Counted from the first letter of the whole stretch, positions 24,791-37,382 are shown. The stretch: DNA of 63,147 nucleotides, filler included, from Octopus bimaculoides (GCF_001194135.2; 5 parts of 5 records of this genome joined end to end with filler, not necessarily neighbours in it), one strand, 5' to 3'. Numbers and translations are program-made. The notes: a model not told the origin generated them from the sequence alone.

Positions 24791-25005
24791 GTTGTTCGTG
24801 ATTAATGAGTAATTGCGTAAATATTTCTCTGTAATTACGCTGTCATCAACAAGAGATTACTAGCCTTATACTTACGTACGCATGGACACACCTATATACA
24901 CGCATACAAACAGTGATACACATACACACACACACACACACACAACCACACATGCACTCACAGACGCACACACACACAAACACGCAAGAATAACAACTGG
25001 CTGCA

Positions 25006-25294
25006 TGAGTGAATTTGGTAGCCGGAAACTGAAAGAAGCCCGTTGTATATATGTGTATGTATATGTATGTGTGTGTATATGTTTGCGTGTCTGTGTTTGC
25101 CCCCCCCCCCCAACATCGCTTGACCACCGATGGTGGTGTGTTTGCGTCGCCGTAACTTAGCGGTTCGGCAAAAGAGACCGATAGAATAAGTACTAGGCTT
25201 ACAAAGAATAGGTCCTGGGGTCGATTTGTTCGACTAAAGGCAGTGCTCCAGCATGGTCGCAGTCACATGACTGAAACAAGTAAAAGAGTAAAAG
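25006..25294 (+). mobile_element. SINE family A, 3' two-thirds
   Basis: TGAGTGAATTTGGTAG..GGAAACTGAAAGAAGCCCG...GTAACTTAGCGGTTCGGCAAAAGAGACCGATAGAATAAGTAC...GTAAAAGAGTAAAAG. Confidence 0.9.
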
Positions 25295-25434
25295 ATTATA
25301 CATATATATGAGTGTGTGTGTGTGTGTGTTCATCTATATGTATATATGTGTGTGTGTGCATATATATATATATATACATATATATATGTGTGTTTATACA
25401 TGTATACATTTCTCTCTCTCTCTCTTTCTCTCTA

Positions 25435-25466
<32 letters not shown>

Positions 25467-25498
25467 ATATATATATATGTATGTATATATAAATATAC

Positions 25499-25533
<35 letters not shown>

Positions 25534-25991
25534 ACACACATCGAGGATAATGATGACGATCCTAATGATTATGGAATAAGCCTCACACAAATACCACATG
25601 TTTGAACGTGTTGACATTCTGTCGAAATTATTTAAATACAATTCACAAACTTTTTTTTTCCATCAAAATCCGTTTCTTTTGGAATTTATTTATTTTTGTA
25701 ATGGTCTTTTTTTTTTTAATCATTTTTGTTATTTTTAGAGTAATTAAAGTCCTTGTTATTTTTCGTTCATNNNNNNNNNNNNNNNNNNNNNNNNNNNNNN
25801 NNNNNNNNNNNNNNNNNNNNNNNNNNNNNNNNNNNNNNNNNNNNNNNNNNNNNNNNNNNNNNNNNNNNNNNNNNNNNNNNNNNNNNNNNNNNNNNNNNNN
25901 NNNNNNNNNNNNNNNNNNNNNNNNNNNNNNNNNNNNNNNNNNNNNNNNNNNNNNNNNNNNNNNNNNNNNNNNNNNNNNNNNNNNNNNNNNN

Positions 25992-26262
25992 TCCGGGCAA
26001 GGTTGTTAATGGAAGACCAGCAGTCACCCTTGCATATCGGCCTCTCCTCTCCGCGCCACCGATTTTATCCAAGGGAAAGGCAAAGGGGCCGATACAGCGT
26101 GGCACCAGTGATGTTGCAACTCATTTCTACAGCTGAGTGAACTGGAGCAACGTGAAATAAAGTGTCTTGCTCAAGAACACAACACGCAGCCCAGTCCGGG
26201 ATTCGAACGCACAACCTCATGATTGTAAGCTCGACGCTCTAACCACTGAGCCATGCGCCTTC
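25992..26262 (-). mobile_element. SINE family B variant with a well-preserved tRNA-like head
   Basis: Minus strand GGCGCATGGCTCAGTGGTTAGAGCGTCG...GTTCGAATCCCGG has canonical A and B boxes, followed by GTGTTCTTGAGCAAGACACTT. Confidence 0.85.
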
Positions 26263-27356
26263 ATATTAACCCATAAATATATATATTAACCAGTAGATTA
26301 ACAGGCACAGTATGGCCAAATGTTAAAGAAATCAGCTTCGCAAACATGAAGTTTTCTTTGCGATTTCTTTTACGTATGTCTCTCTCGTACGTATGTTTGT
26401 ATTTATTTATTTATTCATTCATTTATTTATTTATGTGTGGATGGATAGACAAATGTTTGTATGTATTTATATATACACGCACACATGTATATGCATACGC
26501 ACTCACGCACACGCACGCACACACACGTACACATATGTATATGACACTATCTTTTTGCTTGTTGCGCGAGTGTGACGAGAGTGCTTGTCAAAGTGAAAGT
26601 CCAGATCTTCGCTTTTTCATGTGTTATGTGTGTTTGCGTGACTTTGAAGGCAATTTTTTATGTCCATATGCAATTGTTTCTAGCATACTATTTATAATTT
26701 TTATAAATTTTACCGTTTGCGCTTGTTTCATCATGGCGAATTCATTACGACATTCGTTATACAAATAGAAATTTTATAATATGAATACAAAATCATCATC
26801 AGAAGTCAAGACAGCAACACCTCAGAAATGTCCCTGAAAGACTAGTAAATAATAAAACAATAGCAATTAATAACATAGCTATTACGAAGATTTATCCTGT
26901 GAATGACAGAATACATGGCAGGTAGCAGATAAGGTGGCGTGTGGAGCGGTAAAGAAGATTCATGGCAGCCGTAGAAGACTTCTTAAAAGAAGCAATTAAA
27001 TAAATAAGTACAGAAAAAAAAAACGTAATTAAAGAAACAGATAAGGATACGACAAGCAAAATTATATGTATAGAAAGCTGAAGTTGTATCAAAATTTGAG
27101 ACTAATACAGACACACACACACACACACGTGCATATATATAATGTATAGAATATATATATATATATATATATATTTATATGCATGTATATGTGTATGTAT
27201 ATATATATATATATATATNNNNNNNNNNNNNNNNNNNNNNNNNNNNNNNNNNNNNNNNNNNNNNNNNNNNNNNNNNNNNNNNNNNNNNNNNNNNNNNNNN
27301 NNNNNNNNNNNNNNNNNNNNNNNNNNNNNNNNNNNNNNNNNNNNNNNNNNNNNNNN

Positions 27357-27400
<44 letters not shown>

Positions 27401-28180
27401 TGTATATGTGTATATATATATATATGTAAGTATATATAATGTAATGCATATATGTGTATATATAATATGTAGTATATTTTCATATATATATATGTATAGG
27501 TTCTGTATATATTCATTATATTTAACAATTTCATTTTATCGCTATGTATTTATATATTGTGTTCAGGTGTTGATGACTTTTTCGGATTTCGTTGTGTCAT
27601 TCATTCTGTCAACACCACCACCACCACCACCACTTGTTAACGACCAATGTCATTCAGTTATATAATTTTGTCCTCTCTCGTTATATTTCACAAACGACAA
27701 TTTTACGTATTAACATTTAAAAAAAAATAATTTTACAATGTTCTGACAATATATTCGTCATGATGAAATAATCGTGGATCTTAAGGTTACAAATAAATAA
27801 ATAAATAAATAAACAAGAGAACTAAATTAAAAGCGAGGATTTAAAGAAGGACGTGATTGTGTTAGTGTCAAAGGAAGTTAGACGTTTGTTAAAGCGAATA
27901 ACGCGAAAATTTTATCTAAATATTTTAAAAGAAATTTATATTCATGTCAACAATGACATTAAACATATCAGCAACAAATGAAACAAAACCAGAACGTAAC
28001 AAGAAGTTAATGTTTAAAAACGGATAGATTTTAACAGTTATCTTAAGATGTAAGGCGTTAACTACAATGAATGGTGTGCTCCAACTAAAGTTAAACAAGA
28101 TCCTTCGTGCAAGAAGGCACTTCGATTGTACCGTCCTTACTGCAGTCTTATCCACAATTAAGACGGGGACTATATTAATA

Positions 28181-28700
28181 TTATTTCATCAATCTTTGTT
28201 GACGAAGACCAGGGTCATCCCATGGGAGGAGAAGGCGGGGCACGCTGCGTCCGTCACTACCCAATCAGTCCGATGCGTGCTCGGAAGGCTCAGCCCCCGG
28301 TCAGCACTGGTGGTTTAATAGGACTGAAAGCGATGAGTTGTCTCTAGACTTGCGTAGCTCACGTTTTCTTTGTGCTATAACAACATTATTCAGTTCGAAG
28401 GAGGTGGCGGCACCCCCTTTTGGTTGCATCTTCAGCAGGCAGGGAGATCTTGTGCTTGCGTTTCCCAGGTCGAGGTTCATCTCTAAGTCTTCAGTGAGAC
28501 TTTAAGTGTGTCCTCGAAGTGATGTTTCTTTCCAACTTACATGCGTTTGCCTTCCACCAGTTCTGTGTCAAACGGTCTCTTGGAGAATCACATGGCAGGG
28601 AATTCCAACAAGGTGACCATCCCGCCTGTCTTGCGCCCTCCCCAGTACAATGTCATAGTCAGTAGTTGGCAGGATTTTGTCGACAGCGTAGGTTGGCTCA
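28181..28700 (-). mobile_element. RTE (BovB-like) LINE 3' end, decayed
   Basis: Minus-strand pieces GHLVG, RPFDTELVEGKR, FEDTLKVSL, AQRKRELRKSR and RAFRARIGLI-like across frameshifts; 3' GGTCTTCGTCAAC.AAGA. Different family from the 45-48 kb element. Confidence 0.75.
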
Positions 28701-28878
28701 ACGACAAGATTGGAAATATAAGATGGTAATTGTATCATGGTGATGTCAGTTGATATAATAGGCAAAAGGCTCTACATACTAGGCACAGTTTGGTTTCCCA
28801 ACCACATAGTTCCAGGTTCACTTCGCAGCACTTTGGGTTGTGAATAGATTTGGTAAACAAATGAAAGAAGCATTGTGG

Positions 28879-28938
<60 letters not shown>

Positions 28939-29038
28939 NNNNNNNNNNNNNNNNNNNNNNNNNNNNNNNNNNNNNNNNNNNNTTAATTAATTAANNNNNN
29001 NNNNNNNNNNNNNNNNNNNNNNNNNNNNNNNNNNNNNN

Positions 29039-29130
29039 ATTATTGATTAATTAGTTGTTATTTTTTTTATTAAACCTTTAAAAAAATTAAAATTTACAAA
29101 AACGGTGGGAACTTAGTTGCCAACCCAATA
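29039..29130. mobile_element. Mariner terminal inverted repeat with TA, orphan end
   Basis: AACGGTGGGAACTTAGTTGCCAACCCAATA; its reverse complement TATTGGGTTGGCAACTAAGTTCCC resembles mariner TIRs. Abuts a scaffold-join gap. Confidence 0.65.
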
Positions 29131-29240
29131 CATGCTTAAGCTGTTTCTTGCAGACTAGCGTGGTCAGCGGTCATCCAACAAAATATGTGTACTGTTGTAG
29201 GGAAAATAGTACTCCCCTTCCCACGTGGAAAAGTGGGACA

Positions 29241-29974
29241 ATCAGCATCTAGTTCCTCATAGGGCAGTCTGTGTTCAGTAACCTTTAAGCAACTAGACTA
29301 GAAGAATGTTGCTCTGATCTCAAATCTGCTATCAATATAGCATCCGACATATTACACACTGTGCACCAATACAGTCGTTGTACGAGTTCTCAGCTGGAGT
29401 CAGTGCCAGTTAAGTGATATATACGAGTTCGANNNNNNNNNNGAGTTCTCAGCTGGAGTCAGTGCCAGTTAAGTGATATATACGAGTTCGAGTTACCGTC
29501 AAGGTAGACGTTTCAAAGTTGTCTTGCGGAGCTATCAGTGATAGCACGATAGACAAGCCTAAGATAATAAAACGCGGAATACCGCCACAACATAATAGAA
29601 TATTACAGTGCTCACGACAACAATATACAAGTGGACGAGGATTCACATTATAACATGTACATACGTATATATTGCTTTATATATCTTATTCATATTCTTA
29701 AATCTTAGGTATTTTGTGGGGTGGGGTATTCATATATATATGTATGGGGCAGATTGGGCTCCTTAGCCATGGTGAGAGCAACCCATCTAGGAGAAGGAAA
29801 GCTCTGATATAAAACCAGGCTTGTGGTTGCTGACAGTCCCCTTAGTTGATGTGCACTATCAGCATCTAGTTCCTCATAGGGCAGTCTGGGTTCAGACTAG
29901 AAGAATGTTGCTCTGATCTCAAATCTGCTATCAATATAGCATCTGACACATTACACACTGTGCAACAATACAGT
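29241..29974 (+). repeat. Direct repeat pair, 29241-29375 (135 bp) and 29858-29974 (117 bp)
   Basis: Near-identical ATCAGCATCTAGTTCCTCATAGGGCAGTCTG...ATTACACACTGTGCA.CAATACAGT, differing by one 18-bp indel and a few substitutions. Confidence 0.9.
29750..29820 (+). mobile_element. RTE-type 5'UTR motif
   Basis: GGCTCCTTAGCCATGGTGAGAGCAACCCATCTAGGAGAAGGAAAGCTCTGATATAAAACC resembles the 5'UTR motif I recall from RTE LINEs; not verified by search. Confidence 0.45.
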
Positions 29975-30713
29975 TAAATGTTTTTTTCTGGTGGAGGGAG
30001 TGTGCATTGTGCTACACAGCCAATGACCACTATAACCAAAACCATCTGCAGATGAATTAAAAAAAATCGAGTAAAACAAAAGCAAAAGTATTATTGCCAC
30101 TTATATGGTGTGCTTCGATCAGAACTCCGCCAAAACATGGAAATGAAGAGAGAATTAGTTAAAATCACAACGATTACATTTTCTTCAATACATAAAAGAT
30201 AATTCATAATATTAAAACAAAAAATGAGCAAGTGTAGGAAAATCTGATTAAGAGAAGCGATTTTACCTGCTTATCTTGTTTCCAAAGCTTGTTCAGCGTC
30301 AATAGTGCGGATTTATCAAGAAAAGGTAGCATTGAAATTCTTTCTATACTGTTCTTAACAAAAATGATCTTTTCCTCACTATGCATCTCCCTCTCCCTCT
30401 CTCTTTTCCTCTCAATCTCTACCTCTTTCCCCTCTCTCTTTCTCTTTTTCACCGTCTCTCTTCTCTCTTACGCACACACAAGCAATCACTAAACAACTAT
30501 ATCGAAATTGCAACACAACAAAAGAAAACCATGTGTGCGCGTATATGCGAGAGAAAGAGAAAAAGTGTGCCTGCACACTAGAGCGTGTGTGGGGTGGGTG
30601 CGCGCGCGTGTATGTGCTTGTATGTAGACGGCTGAACATGTTTCGCCTTAATGTAAGCATGCACATCTTTTATTAATTATCTTCTTTTTATTTTTTACTT
30701 ATTTCAGTAACTG

Positions 30714-31210
30714 AAAAAAAACTGGCAAAGATATCTGAATGACTACTTTAATATTTGGAATGAGACCATTGATAAACTGTTGGAATTTAAATCAATAGTA
30801 AATAATATAAATCCAAACACTCAGTTTACCATGGAATATAGCAAAGAGCAACTCCCTTTCTTAGATATTCTGGTAAAAAAGAGTCAACAACGAAATTGTA
30901 ACCCACATCTGTCATAAACCAACTGAATCGAAGCAATATCTTCTGTTTAGTTCAAGCCACCCGAAACACATCAAAAGAAATATTCCTTTTAATTTAACGA
31001 AAACGATTTTGACAATAGTGTCTGATGGAAATACTCGGGACTTTCGTCTTCAAGACCGCAGAACAACACAAACCGAGAGACATTTATAGATGATGAAAAT
31101 AGACATTAAAACATTAAGGGAAACAAAACGAAACCCCACACTTCGTCTCAAAATACTACCGTATATATCGACTCACAACCCTAGAAACAATGAGGCATAC
31201 AACACCATTG
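30714..31210 (+). mobile_element. Penelope-like element RT/thumb fragment, decayed
   Basis: KNWQRYLNDYFNIWNETIDKLLEFKSIVNNINPNTQFTMEYSKEQLPFLDILVKK / VNNEIVTHICHKPTESKQYLLFSSSHPKHIKRNIPFNL...ILPYISTHNPRN shows the PLE motifs RYLDD, FTME...LPFLD, YL.F.S.HP.H.K..IP. YLDD has decayed to YLND. Confidence 0.9.
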
Positions 31211-31310
31211 NNNNNNNNNNNNNNNNNNNNNNNNNNNNNNNNNNNNNNNNNNNNTTAATTAATTAANNNNNNNNNNNNNNNNNNNNNNNNNNNNNNNNNN
31301 NNNNNNNNNN

Positions 31311-31620
31311 GTCCCCTTCAATTACCCCTAGGTATTTGTAGCTCTCCGCTGGTTCTAACTCTTTTATGACATTTTGCTGGTCAAGGTTCACATTAGATGT
31401 ATTTGTCATTTTTCCTTTGATAAAGATAGCTTTTGCACATTTATCAAGGCCAAATTGCATCCTGATGTCATCACTGAATTGTTTAACAATCGCTAGTAGG
31501 CCTTTGAGTTGTTGGTCATTTTTTGCAAAGAGCTTTAAATCATCCATGTAAATGAGATGATTTATATTTTTATCAAATATTTTATAACCATACTGTGCAT
31601 CATTGAGCAATTTTGAGAGC
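31311..31620 (-). mobile_element. R4/Dong-type RT fragment with intact frame
   Basis: LSKLLNDAQYGYKIFDKNINHLIYMDDLKLFAKN...FSDDIRMQFGLDKCAK...YKYLGVIEGD; no stops; ends at a join gap. Confidence 0.9.
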
Positions 31621-31681
31621 GGTTATTATTATTATTATTATCATTATTATTATTATTATGATTATTATTATTATTATTATG

Positions 31682-32412
31682 ATAATTTAAAAACTCTTCG
31701 CTGAGACAGATCCTGAAATGGAGGGGCTGGTTGAAGCTGTATAGCAGTGGAGCAAGGATATAGGGATGGAATTTGGCATCTCGAAAAGAGTATAGTGTAA
31801 GGCATAGAATTGCCAAACGGAGAATTAATGGAAGACCAGGATGATGATGGGTACAAGTACCTTGGGATCCTGGAGCTGGACGATATCTTGCAGAGAGAAA
31901 TGAAAGACAAGGTCATTACTGCATATTTAAAGCGTCTCAAACTTATCTTGAAGTCAAAACTCAACTCAAGGAACATACGGCCTGTTGCTGTAGTCCGCTA
32001 TAGTGCACCCATCCTGAAATGAATACGAGCGAAGATTTCACAGCTCGATCGCACAACCAGAAAGATGACATTGCATGGTGTCCTCCACCCGAAGGTGAAA
32101 GTACACAGACTCGACATGAAGAGGTGTAAAGTTAGACGTGGGCTGATTAGTGTACAGGAGTGCATCAGCAGTGAAAGACGAAACATAGCAGAGTATTTGG
32201 TAAATAGCTAACAAGACCTGCTAGAGTAGACTGCTAATGCAGAAGGATTTACCAAAAATGGACTTGAGAGTGCTAATCAATTCCGATAATGAATAGCCAA
32301 CGAGAGAGAAGGAACTCTACTCCGCATGGAATTACATGGTCACTTCCATCGTGTAACTCACAACTTTAAAGATCAGGAAGCATCATGGAGGTGGATCAAT
32401 AAGGGTGACCTA
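31682..32412 (+). mobile_element. R4/Dong-type RT C-terminal/thumb fragment, second lineage, decayed
   Basis: DNLKLFA..., YKYLGILELDDI...EMKDKV..AYLKRLKLILKSKLNSRN, AVVRYSAPI, LHPK..V.RL...R...GL, LHGHF, SWRWI.KGDL. Confidence 0.85.
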
Positions 32413-32424
32413 TAAAAGAAGAGA

Positions 32425-33800
32425 GTCATGAACTGCTAACAAATCTTCACAACAATGTCTTGCAACAACCTAGTTTGAATCCCCTTGGCTAATTAATGGT
32501 GTAACATTCCTACTTCCAAAAAATAAGGAAACAAATGAACCAAAAATTATAGACCCATAACCTGCTTAACAATAAAGTATAAAATACTAACATCTGTATA
32601 AATACTATATACTGAATATACCTACAGTTTTTTTGTTTTTATTAGAAAGTGGCATATTCCCAAATGAACAAAACGGATGCAAAGGTGGGTACTATGGTTG
32701 TAACGATCAGCTAGTCATCAATAAGATGATCTTGGAAGATTGTCACAAACGACACAAAAACTTGTCGATAACCTGGATAGACTATAAAAAAAGCTTTCGA
32801 TAGCCTACCACATAGCTGGATTAAGAAATGTGTGGAAATGTATAAAATAGCACCTACTCAGCGAAACTTCTTTCTGTAAGCATGAGATCATGGAGAACCA
32901 CACTGACTTTGAACAGTGACGATGAATCTCTCAATGATGGAGATGTAAGAATTTCATGTGGCATTTTCCTTGGTGACTCTCTATTACTACTCCCCTTTTG
33001 TCTAGCCTTAATACTTCTCTCGAAATTGCTCGATGATGTACAATATGGCTATAAAATGTTTGATAAAAATGTAAATCATCTCTTTTACATGGATGACTTA
33101 AAGCTCTTTGCAAAAAACGACCAGCAACTACAGGATTTACTAGCAATTATTAAACAATTCAGTGATGATATCAAAATACAATTTGGCCCCGATAAAGTGC
33201 AAAAGCTACCTTTATCAAAGGAAAAATGACAGAAACATTCAACGTTAATCTTGACCAACAAAATGTCATAAAGGAGTTAGAATCAGCAGAGAGCTACAAA
33301 CACCTAGAGATATTTGAAGGTGATGAAATCAGAATTCAATGATGAGGAAAATGATCAGGAGAGAATGGTATCGCAAGGTAAAGGCTATACTCAAAACAGA
33401 GTTGAATGCAAGAAACAGGATCGAAGCGATCAATACGTTAGCCATATCGGTCGTGACTTACAATTTCAATATTATTAACTGGTTAGTTACTGAAATATGT
33501 AATCTTCACAGAAAAATACTAAAATTGTTGACAATGCATAGAATGCAACACCCTACTACAGATATAGGACGACTTTACCTGTCAAGAAAAGAAGGTGGCC
33601 ATGGACTTTTACAACTGGAATTAACAATGACGATTGCCACAATTGGCTTAAACATCTACCAGGAAAACTCTGATGACTGGATGTTAAAATTTGTCTTAAA
33701 GCATGAAAACAAAAAAAAAACGTCATACTCAGTAACAAAACAAACAAAGGAATATATAAGTGAATTCCAAATACAACAGGGAACCCCAAGGAAACCCCAA
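32425..33800 (+). mobile_element. R4/Dong-type RT domain, decayed; same family as 31311-31620
   Basis: WLINGVTFLLPKNKETNEPKNYRPITCL, EQNGC...GCNDQL.INK.ILED, WIDYKKAFDSLPHSW, GIFLGDSL, HLFYMDDLKLF, LKTELNARNRIEAINTLAI, RLYLSRKEGGHGL. Several frameshifts. Confidence 0.92.
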
Positions 33801-34314
33801 AATGACAGAAATTCAGAAGATAGTTGCTTAAACGTATCCATTTTTCTCAATGTTTTGAGGTAACAAAGTCGGGGGCGTATACATCTGTAGTTATGCCTTT
33901 TTAGTCATACGATTTTTTCATTTCATGTTTATATCATTCATTGTTTGCAATGTTCTCCCTCCCACATGCACACGCTGCAAAGCTTATAGATGGCCTGCTG
34001 AAATGAAATTTCTATGTTGAGGGGAAGGTAAAACTTGACAAACTGCTTCTCGCTCTGTAGTTGGACTACCGTTATGTTTGTTTAAAAAAGATTATGACTG
34101 GCATAAAATAATGGAAGTAATATTTACTAAGCAAGTAAGTACTATTATACAAAGAGATAATTAAACGTAAGATACAAAAATTATTAAAATTGGGAATCAA
34201 ATGTAAAAATACTATCAAGGGGTTAGCTGAAAACCACAAACACACACACACACACACATATATTTATATATATTTACATATATTTACATATATATATATG
34301 TATATATATATTAC

Positions 34315-34380
<66 letters not shown>

Positions 34381-35391
34381 ATGTATGTATATGGGAGGGT
34401 ATGTGTGTACGTGTGTGTATATACGAGTGAATGGATAACCGAAAGAAGGGCGCACAATGAAATTTATTGGGAGTTAAATGTATGGATCAAAAGAATGTTA
34501 TTAATATATATATATAAACATAAACTCTTAAATGCCAATTATGTCAGGTTAGCTATTCAGGCTTATATGATATCGCTTCTATCATAGCATGCTACAACAT
34601 ATAAAATTTCGTCTTCACACATTTTTAACATACACTCCGACCTGTAAATGCCAAAATGCTCCTCGCAGCTTATTGAGTGTTTCCTATCTCTCGAATGTTG
34701 TTTACAGAGCTACTCACAATATACGATCGCATCAAGAGACACAATATCCAATGACTTTATTGGAAAATTCATGCAACACAAGCGCTTCTCACCTCTACCT
34801 CAGATCATCTAGAGAGTCCGGATCATCATAGCGACTTCTCGCAGTCTCTATGGTAAACTACACACACTCTACAAATTATCAGTAATCCACAACAGCAGAA
34901 ATGTTGCCACCAGAGTTTCTTATCTGTATAGGAACTTCAAGCAATTGGCCGCTGATAACCTGGATATGCTACTCTACGTCTAACTGACCTATTCACTGAC
35001 TAAATATTCCTGCCGCAGTAGAGATTACAGTTTACTATAGCTCCGTCTATCACGCAAACTTATATGTAAATTTATACTATCAAATCTCCCTACGTAATAA
35101 CTCTTTTCATTGAATACAACGCTTTTTTAAAAAGTGACCACTAACTGCTACCATAATAATAATTTGAATCTCTGTCTGAAGAATTTCTAATAGGAGATGT
35201 ACAAATTTGTAACTCCTATTAGCCAATGAAACTCTTATAATATGGATAAATAGTACCAAAAGATTTTTCCAGTAATTTCCAACTCTTATGCACACCTCAA
35301 ATATAATCCCTACATACGACTTTGGATTACTGGTATAATCTCATGTGTTCCAAGAGGACACAGCTTGGATTTTAATACTATCTACATAATG

Positions 35392-35428
<37 letters not shown>

Positions 35429-35764
35429 ATATANNNNNNNNNNNNNNNNNNNNNNNNNNNNNNNNNNNNNNNNNNNNNNNNNNNNNNNNNNNNNNNNNNN
35501 NNNNNNNNNNNNNNNNNNNNNNNNNNNNNNNNNNNNNNNNNNNNNNNNNNNNNNNNNNNNNNNNNNNNNNNNNNNNNNNNNNNNNNNNNNNNNNNNNNNN
35601 NNNNNNNNNNNNNNNNNNNNNNNNNNNNNNNNNNNNNNNNNNNNNNNNNNNNNNNNNNNNNNNNNNNNNNNNNNNNNNNNNNNNNNNNNNNNNNNNNNNN
35701 NNNNNNNNNNNNNNNNNNNNNNNNNNNNNNNNNNNNNNNNNNNNATATATATATATATATATAC

Positions 35765-36318
35765 ATAAGGACTACTATGAAGTTATTTGGAATGGATCAA
35801 AAGGCTATAGAAACTCTTGCTTCGGATCTAGCTGGATGGAGAACAAAAGTATGAAGTAGAGTGAAAGCGTTTGAGGAGGCCAGGATAACACATGCAAGAC
35901 TCAAATAGAGAATTAAAAAAGAACGTTGCGATCGAGAAGGTTCAATCTCAGTGACATTTCTATGTGCACAGTTTGTGACAGACCATGCCTTACTTTTGCT
36001 GGGCTCAAATCTCATTTGCAGACCCATGAGAAATGAATCTCCACCAACTATTCTGCCGATATATCTTCTATGCACACTTTTCAATGCCGTGTATGCCATA
36101 AGGCCTGCAAATCTAACGGAGGCCCCAATCGTCATTTTAAGATCCACAAAGATCAGAACTTAACTGCAGCTCCTGGTGGTCCAAATCGGATAGGCAATCT
36201 ATGTGGGTGTTTTTCAATATATTGTCTGATTTAAAAAGCCACATCAGACGCCATGATGGATCTAAGGTGTAGGTACAAAAGGTGGTCAGACTCTGCATGA
36301 GGAGTAGACAACCACCAT
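35765..36318 (+). mobile_element. RTE LINE 3' end with C2H2 zinc-finger region; second copy of the 45-48 kb family
   Basis: Colinear with 47617-48160; encodes CTVCDRPCLTFAGLKSHLQTH and FQCRVCHKACKSNGGPNRHFKIH; ends GGAGTAGACAACCACCAT. Confidence 0.9.
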
Positions 36319-36370
36319 ATACATACATACATACATACATACATACATACATACATACATACATACATAC

Positions 36371-36849
36371 ATAGAGAAGGGAAACTGAGTTGTGTAAATC
36401 CGCTGCCCAGCGGATGTTTACATGCAGATAAATATCGGCGAAAAAGAAAATACCGTGATCAATTAAGGAATCTACAGCTAATCTATCCAGATTACAAGTT
36501 CAGGCTTATACCTGTAATTATTGGGGCACTGGGATATGTAACATACTACCTAAATAACAATCTTGAGAAATTATGCTTCTCAAAACCAGAAAGGAGAAAG
36601 CTTATTTGAATACTACAGATCCAAGTCGCCACTGGAGATGTAAAAATTTGTGATACTTTCCGGAAGTTTATCATTTACGATCATGTCTAGACATGCGACT
36701 ATATGCATGAGAATAGATGCATAAAACAAAACATACAAATTTGTACATATACATACAAAGAAAAGTACCCTGTTAATGTTGCTGAAATTCTAATGGAGTC
36801 TTGGATCTAGGCTAGAAACCGGCTCATCTTGAAATAAATCTGAATAATG
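36371..36849 (+). mobile_element. R4-type RLE element 3' end; same family as 39.5-43.5 kb
   Basis: LRNLQLIYPDYKFRLIPVIIGALGYV; 3'UTR CTTGGATCTAGG.TAGAAACCGG...CTTGAAATAAAT.GAATAAT shared with 43.4-43.5 kb. Confidence 0.9.
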
Positions 36850-36863
36850 ACATGCATACACAC

Positions 36864-36910
<47 letters not shown>

Positions 36911-37248
36911 NNNNNNNNNNNNNNNNNNNNNNNNNNNNNNNNNNNNNNNNNNNNNNNNNNNNNNNNNNNNNNNNNNNNNNNNNNNNNNNNNNNNNNNNNN
37001 NNNNNNNNNNNNNNNNNNNNNNNNNNNNNNNNNNNNNNNNNNNNNNNNNNNNNNNNNNNNNNNNNNNNNNNNNNNNNNNNNNNNNNNNNNNNNNNNNNNN
37101 NNNNNNNNNNNNNNNNNNNNNNNNNNNNNNNNNNNNNNNNNNNNNNNNNNNNNNNNNNNNNNNNNNNNNNNNNNNNNNNNNNNNNNNNNNNNNNNNNNNN
37201 NNNNNNNNNNNNNNNNNNNNNNNNNNNNNNNNNNNNNNNNNNNNNNNN

Positions 37249-37382
37249 GCAGTAAATTCGACTATGCTAGCAAACTGTGTAAGCAGGAACGAGTAACATT
37301 CCACACCGACACAGATCTGTGTCGGTGTGGAATGTTACTCGTTCCTGCTTACACAGTTTGCTAGCATAGTCGAATTTACTGC
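37249..37382. repeat. Perfect 134-bp palindrome with no spacer, centred on AGATCT
   Basis: Two 67-bp arms, GCAGTAAATTCG...CCGACACAGA and TCTGTGTCGG...CGAATTTACTGC, checked base by base. Left arm abuts an N gap. Confidence 0.95.

Noticed and set aside
24288-24812. Poly-Ile, poly-Met, poly-His and poly-Asp ORFs (also 1266-1694, 21626-21847, 59891-60310)
   Set aside because: Translations of (CAT)n/(GAT)n trinucleotide repeats; no evidence of coding.
26180-26262. tRNA-like sequence with perfect A and B boxes
   Set aside because: It continues into a SINE body, lacks a paired acceptor stem, and sibling copies differ in the anticodon loop. It is a SINE head, not a tRNA gene.
29384-29491. Exact tandem duplication of about 49 bp
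   Set aside because: The copies sit on either side of a 10-N gap, so this is an unmerged contig overlap.
34590-35060. Unique-looking stretch with partially open frames
   Set aside because: The three plus-strand frames I translated all contain stops and show no recognisable motif.
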